Of a stretch of 64,000 nucleotides of DNA, positions 60,616-64,000 are shown piece after piece. The notes beneath the pieces are model-generated. The model saw only the letters and a list, made by a program, of their open reading frames with translations. It searched no databases and was not told where the DNA came from. The position numbers and the translations under genes were made by a program. The DNA comes from an uncultured Acidobacteriota bacterium. Its GTDB lineage: Bacteria; Acidobacteriota; Vicinamibacteria; Vicinamibacterales; JAKQTR01. The stretch lies in assembly GCA_963817885.1 (NCBI GenBank), contig CAWFQE010000004.1, positions 294,064 through 358,063 on the forward strand, in the 5' to 3' direction. Each line of letters begins with the position of its first letter. The first letter of the stretch is position 1.

Positions 60616-61746
60616 TCAGGCCAGCTGCCGCCCGCGCAGCCGCAACGCGAGGGCGATCTCGATGATGGCGCAGATGGTGACCACGCGGGACATCATGAAC
60701 AGGCGGTAGGGCTCGCGGCCCATGACGTCCCAGAGGGTCAGGGCCATGATCGCCAGGCACGCCACGAGCAGCCATTGCAGCGGCCGGCGAAAATCATCGA
60801 TCCGGTCGATGAGCAGCATGATGACCGGGGTGGACACCAGTAAGACGTAGTCCCAGCCCTGCGGCGACACCAGCGGGATGAGAAAGAGCAGGAGCCCGGC
60901 GTCGAGGTACTCCGGCGCCGGGACGTTCGCCGACCTGACGAACGCGCGCGCGCAGGCTCCGAGCAGGATGAGCGTCAGCGCAAGCGTCAGCCAGCTCGCT
61001 GCCGGGCCGACGCCGAACCACGACGCGAACATGCCCGCGATCGACGTGTTGTCCTGGCCAATCAGGTTGGGCGCGGTCGAGCGGGTGACGGTCTCGAACC
61101 AGCCGCGCAGCAGATCCACGTTGCCCGCAAGGCCGTAACGCACCGCCGGCAGCAGCAGGGCGAGGACAATCACAACGAGATAGGCGCCCGCGGCCCTGAA
61201 CCGGCGCCGCAGCAGCAGGTAGGGCAGAAACAGCACAGCGTAGGGCTTGACGATCGTCGCCGCGGCCAGCAGGGCGCCGGAGGCGAGGTCGCGGCCCTTC
61301 CACCATTGGGCGACGGCCAGCAGGACGACCACCGCGAGCAGGATATTGCTCTGGCCGAGCCCGATCTCCCGGATATAGAACTTCCCCATGGCGAGCGTCG
61401 TGAAGCCCGCGAGGGAGAGCACCGTGTGCCGCCGGCCTGGCAGCAGCGCGAGCGAGCGGTTGACGAGCAGGATCACGAGCGCGAGCGACAGGCCGAGCCA
61501 TACCGCCCTGGCGGCAACCGGCGGCAACTGACTGATGGGCGCGATGAGCAGGGCGAAGGCGGGGAAGTACTTGAATTGCCAGTGGCCGTCCTCGGTGCGG
61601 TAAAGGGGCTCGCCGGCGGCTGCGCGGACTCCCGCCACGCGATAGACCTCGAAGTCGTACATCTGGTGCTTCAGCCTGACTTCGAAGACGATTGCGGCGG
61701 CAAGAAACAGGGCGGCGACGCCAATCCACGCGAGACGGTTCTTCAT
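60616..61746 (-). CDS. GT87/DUF2029-family membrane glycosyltransferase
   Basis: ORF 60616..61896 trimmed to the ATG at 61746 (MKNRLAWIGVAALFLAAAIVF). The motif DFEVYRVAG..AAAGEPLY......FKYFPAFALLIAP is present, followed by about 9 more TM helices. Confidence 0.7.
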   Translation of the reverse strand: MKNRLAWIGVAALFLAAAIVFEVRLKHQMYDFEVYRVAGVRAAAGEPLYRTEDGHWQFKYFPAFALLIAPISQLPPVAARAVWLGLSLALVILLVNRSLALLPGRRHTVLSLAGFTTLAMGKFYIREIGLGQSNILLAVVVLLAVAQWWKGRDLASGALLAAATIVKPYAVLFLPYLLLRRRFRAAGAYLVVIVLALLLPAVRYGLAGNVDLLRGWFETVTRSTAPNLIGQDNTSIAGMFASWFGVGPAASWLTLALTLILLGACARAFVRSANVPAPEYLDAGLLLFLIPLVSPQGWDYVLLVSTPVIMLLIDRIDDFRRPLQWLLVACLAIMALTLWDVMGREPYRLFMMSRVVTICAIIEIALALRLRGRQLA

Positions 61747-62033
61747 ACGGACAAGACGGGACGATATCACGCCGCTCCGGCCCGCCGCCACGGTCCGGGC
61801 GCCTGGAACTCGAAGCGGCAAGACGCAGGGCCTGCCCGGCGCTGCCGGATCGACACGCAACACCATGGGGCGTCTGCTCGGCGGCCTCGACGTCAACGAT
61901 GAGAAGGGGACAATCTATACGAGCTAAGCCTGGGGACATTTCTAACGAGCGTTGACCGTCTCGGCGCGCGCCCTGGCATCGCGAGAGTGATTGCCCTACA
62001 ATCCGACTGTCCGACCGCCCCCGAGGAAGGAAC

Positions 62034-62957
62034 TTGCCGAGGATCGCGACCCGGCTCCTCATCGTCACATCGCTGGTCCTGCTGACACCGGGTGCGCCGA
62101 TCGCGGCCCGCGACGCGGCCCCCTGGCCCGTCGATGCTCCTCAGGCCGGCGGCGGAAGAGCCCTCGGCTCCATCCTGTCTCGAGCCACCGACTATGTCAG
62201 CAGGTCGCTGCAGACCCTGTCGGCGGTGGTGTGCGAAGAACACCACGTTCAGCGACTGGAGCGGAGGGACGTATCGCCGATGTACGGCTACGTGTCAGGG
62301 CTGGCGATCCAGGTGACCGAACGGACGCTGGTGTCGGACTATCTGCTCGTGCAGCTCCCTGGTGCCGCAGGCTGGCTGCCGTTTCGGGACGTGTACGCCG
62401 TCGACGGCAAGCCCGTGCGGGACCGTTCGGATCGGCTCGCCAGGCTCTTCATCGAACCGCACGCCGACCGGCTGAAGCAGGCCGAGCTCATCAGGGTCGA
62501 GAGCAGCCGGTACAACATCGGCGTCGACCGCGACACCAATGTTCCGACATTCGCGCTCCAGTTTCTTCTACCTGATGTGCGCAGCCGTTTTACGTTCCGG
62601 ACGAGAGGCCGCGAGACAGTAGACGGGTCTGAATGCGACGTGGTGGAGTACGAGGAAACGGCGCGTCCGACCATGATCAGGAGCGCGAGCGGCGAGGATG
62701 TGCCGGCTGCCGGGCAATTCTGGATCGAAGACCCGACAGGCGTTGTCATCAGGTCGCGGATCGACACCAGGCTTGGCGACCAGAAGAGGCGGATCGACGT
62801 CACCTTCGGCCGGGACTCGAACCTCGGCCTGGCGGTCCCCATCGCGATGGACGAACGCTACACCGGACCGTTGGAAACGCTCACCTCCCGAGCCACGTAT
62901 TCGAATTTCCGGCGATTCCAGGTCCTGACCACCGAGGAAATCAAGAAGCGTCCCTGA
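62034..62957 (+). CDS. hypothetical secreted protein
   Basis: 307 aa with a TTG start preceded by GAGGAAGG and a signal-like N-terminus (RIATRLLIVTSLVLLTPGAPIAA). Composition is ordinary. I do not recognise a family. Confidence 0.5.
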   Translation: MPRIATRLLIVTSLVLLTPGAPIAARDAAPWPVDAPQAGGGRALGSILSRATDYVSRSLQTLSAVVCEEHHVQRLERRDVSPMYGYVSGLAIQVTERTLVSDYLLVQLPGAAGWLPFRDVYAVDGKPVRDRSDRLARLFIEPHADRLKQAELIRVESSRYNIGVDRDTNVPTFALQFLLPDVRSRFTFRTRGRETVDGSECDVVEYEETARPTMIRSASGEDVPAAGQFWIEDPTGVVIRSRIDTRLGDQKRRIDVTFGRDSNLGLAVPIAMDERYTGPLETLTSRATYSNFRRFQVLTTEEIKKRP

Positions 62958-63432
62958 CCGCCCCGTTCGATCGGGTGGCATCCGGCACGGCACTCCCATC
63001 TGCCCGCCCTCTGTGCCAGCAGCGTCCGGATCTCCGCTGGCCTTCCCCGCGTCTATTCGATTATCATTAGAATGTAGAGCCAATTACTCTGATTTCACGG
63101 ACAGCGTGTGGGGCCAATCCGAGGGCTGAGATGTCGGGCAGAAGCCGTCCTGTGCCGCCGGTATGGTCAACTCCGTGGCACGCAGGGCTGTCCCAACCCG
63201 GCGGGCGTGATTGACTGGCGTTGCTGCCCGACCAGAACCCAAAGGCGCGACAATGCGCGACAGATGCCTGAGACCGACCCGCTCGTTTCCCAAGCCGACT
63301 TTCAATGCTGAAGCAAGGCCCGCGCACCCGCGCGGCGGGAAGCCTGCGCCCGGATTGGTTCCCGTCCGCCCCGAGTTCGTCAGTGCCTCCAGTTTCGCGC
63401 CGGGCGCCGGACAGGCTTCCGCCGGGAGGCTG

Positions 63433-63999
63433 ATGCCCGTGCTCGGACTGGCCTTGGCGCTGGGCGCCATGTACGCCTGCGGCGGCCGCTCGGCTGCCGC
63501 CGCCCACGCGGCGCCGCCGCCTACCCTGGTGGAGGTCGCCGAGATTCGGGAGACGCCGGTCGAAGACGCGTCCGAATACATGGCGACGGTCGAATCGCTC
63601 TCCTCGACGGCCGTCAAGCCGGAGGTCAGCGGCGTCGTCACCAGGGTGCTCGTGAAGTCCGGTGACCGCGTTCGCCCCGGCGCACCGCTCTTCCAGATCG
63701 ACCCGAGCCGCCAGGAGGCGAGCGTGTCGAGCCAGGACGCCGCCCGGGCCGCCCAGGAAGCGGCGGCGACCTTCGCCAAGCAGCAGCTGGATCGCGCGCA
63801 CACGCTGTTCGCCGCCGGGGCGTCCAGCCAGCAGGAGCTCGAGCAGGCGCAGGCGAACTACGACTCCGCCATGGCGCAGCTGACCGCGCTCAAGGCCCGC
63901 CTGCAACAGGAGCGGGTGACCCTCCAGTACTACGAGGTCCGGTCCCAGGCGGCAGGCACGGTCGGCGACGTGCCAATCCGCGTCGGGACGCATGTCACG
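63433..63999 (+). CDS. efflux-pump membrane-fusion (periplasmic adaptor) lipoprotein; the 3' end is off the window
   Basis: My own translation from the ATG at 63433 (preceded by GGGAGG) is MPVLGLALALGAMYACGGRS (lipobox) ...VEVAEIRETPVEDASEYMATVESLSSTAVKPEVSGVVTRVLVKSGDRVRPGAPLFQIDP...QQELEQAQANYDSAMAQL..LKARL...YYEVRSQAAGTVGDV. It is not in the ORF track because it has no stop. Confidence 0.8.
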   Translation, partial: MPVLGLALALGAMYACGGRSAAAAHAAPPPTLVEVAEIRETPVEDASEYMATVESLSSTAVKPEVSGVVTRVLVKSGDRVRPGAPLFQIDPSRQEASVSSQDAARAAQEAAATFAKQQLDRAHTLFAAGASSQQELEQAQANYDSAMAQLTALKARLQQERVTLQYYEVRSQAAGTVGDVPIRVGTHVT

Positions 64000-64000
64000 T

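Noticed and set aside
63084-63803. 239-aa minus-strand ORF
   Set aside because: It is largely antisense to the efflux adaptor gene that starts at 63433. It is Ala/Ser/Gly-rich with no motifs.

Overview
High-G+C bacterial chromosomal segment with about 50 protein-coding genes. I found no rRNA, tRNA or CRISPR. Gene content suggests Acidobacteriota: TonB-dependent receptor with a carboxypeptidase-regulatory-like N-terminus, Ser/Thr kinase fused to PD40/TolB-like propellers, many secreted peptidases, GT87. This taxonomic call is inference only.

Layout:
- 0-3.8 kb: a secreted CxxCH protein, a sigma-54 activator and a SYLF protein.
- 4.5-16 kb: a branched-chain amino-acid supercluster. It comprises pheA-ilvD-ilvB-ilvN-ilvC on the minus strand, leuCD, a LysR gene, a short leuA, and leuB.
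- 16.0-19.3 kb: a 3.1-kb insertion bracketed by ~117-bp direct repeats. It carries an HDAC-like gene, a methyltransferase-nuclease fusion and an IS remnant.
- 19.2-25.2 kb: a stress cluster with a beta-propeller, DUF1259, a ChrB-like gene, quinol NO reductase, DUF2231 and an exported rubrerythrin.
- 25.6-30 kb: a decay zone. It holds a Ser/Thr kinase-PD40 gene with at least 8 frame changes, an MFS gene with a nonsense codon and an internal deletion, and a solo REP-associated tyrosine transposase (RAYT).
- 30.3-33.2 kb: pntAA-pntAB-pntB, followed by a cluster of GTAG-headed palindromes (REP-like).
- 35-40.7 kb: HTH-TOBE regulator, TonB-dependent receptor, a 6-TM protein translationally coupled to a TiaS-kinase-domain-like protein, and a PepSY-like protein.
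- 41-45.6 kb: a copper module with a Tat multicopper oxidase and an orphan CusB-like adaptor carrying three YHS domains.
- 45.7-64 kb: PD40 protein, M14, MFS, MA-peptidase-TPR, PlsC-like, MsbA-like ABC, methyltransferase, M16, a 4 x 52-bp REP-like tandem array, GT87, a hypothetical gene, and the start of an efflux adaptor.

Main caveat: at least 16 single-base frame disruptions occur, many at short homopolymers. Assembly indels must be excluded before any pseudogene call is believed.
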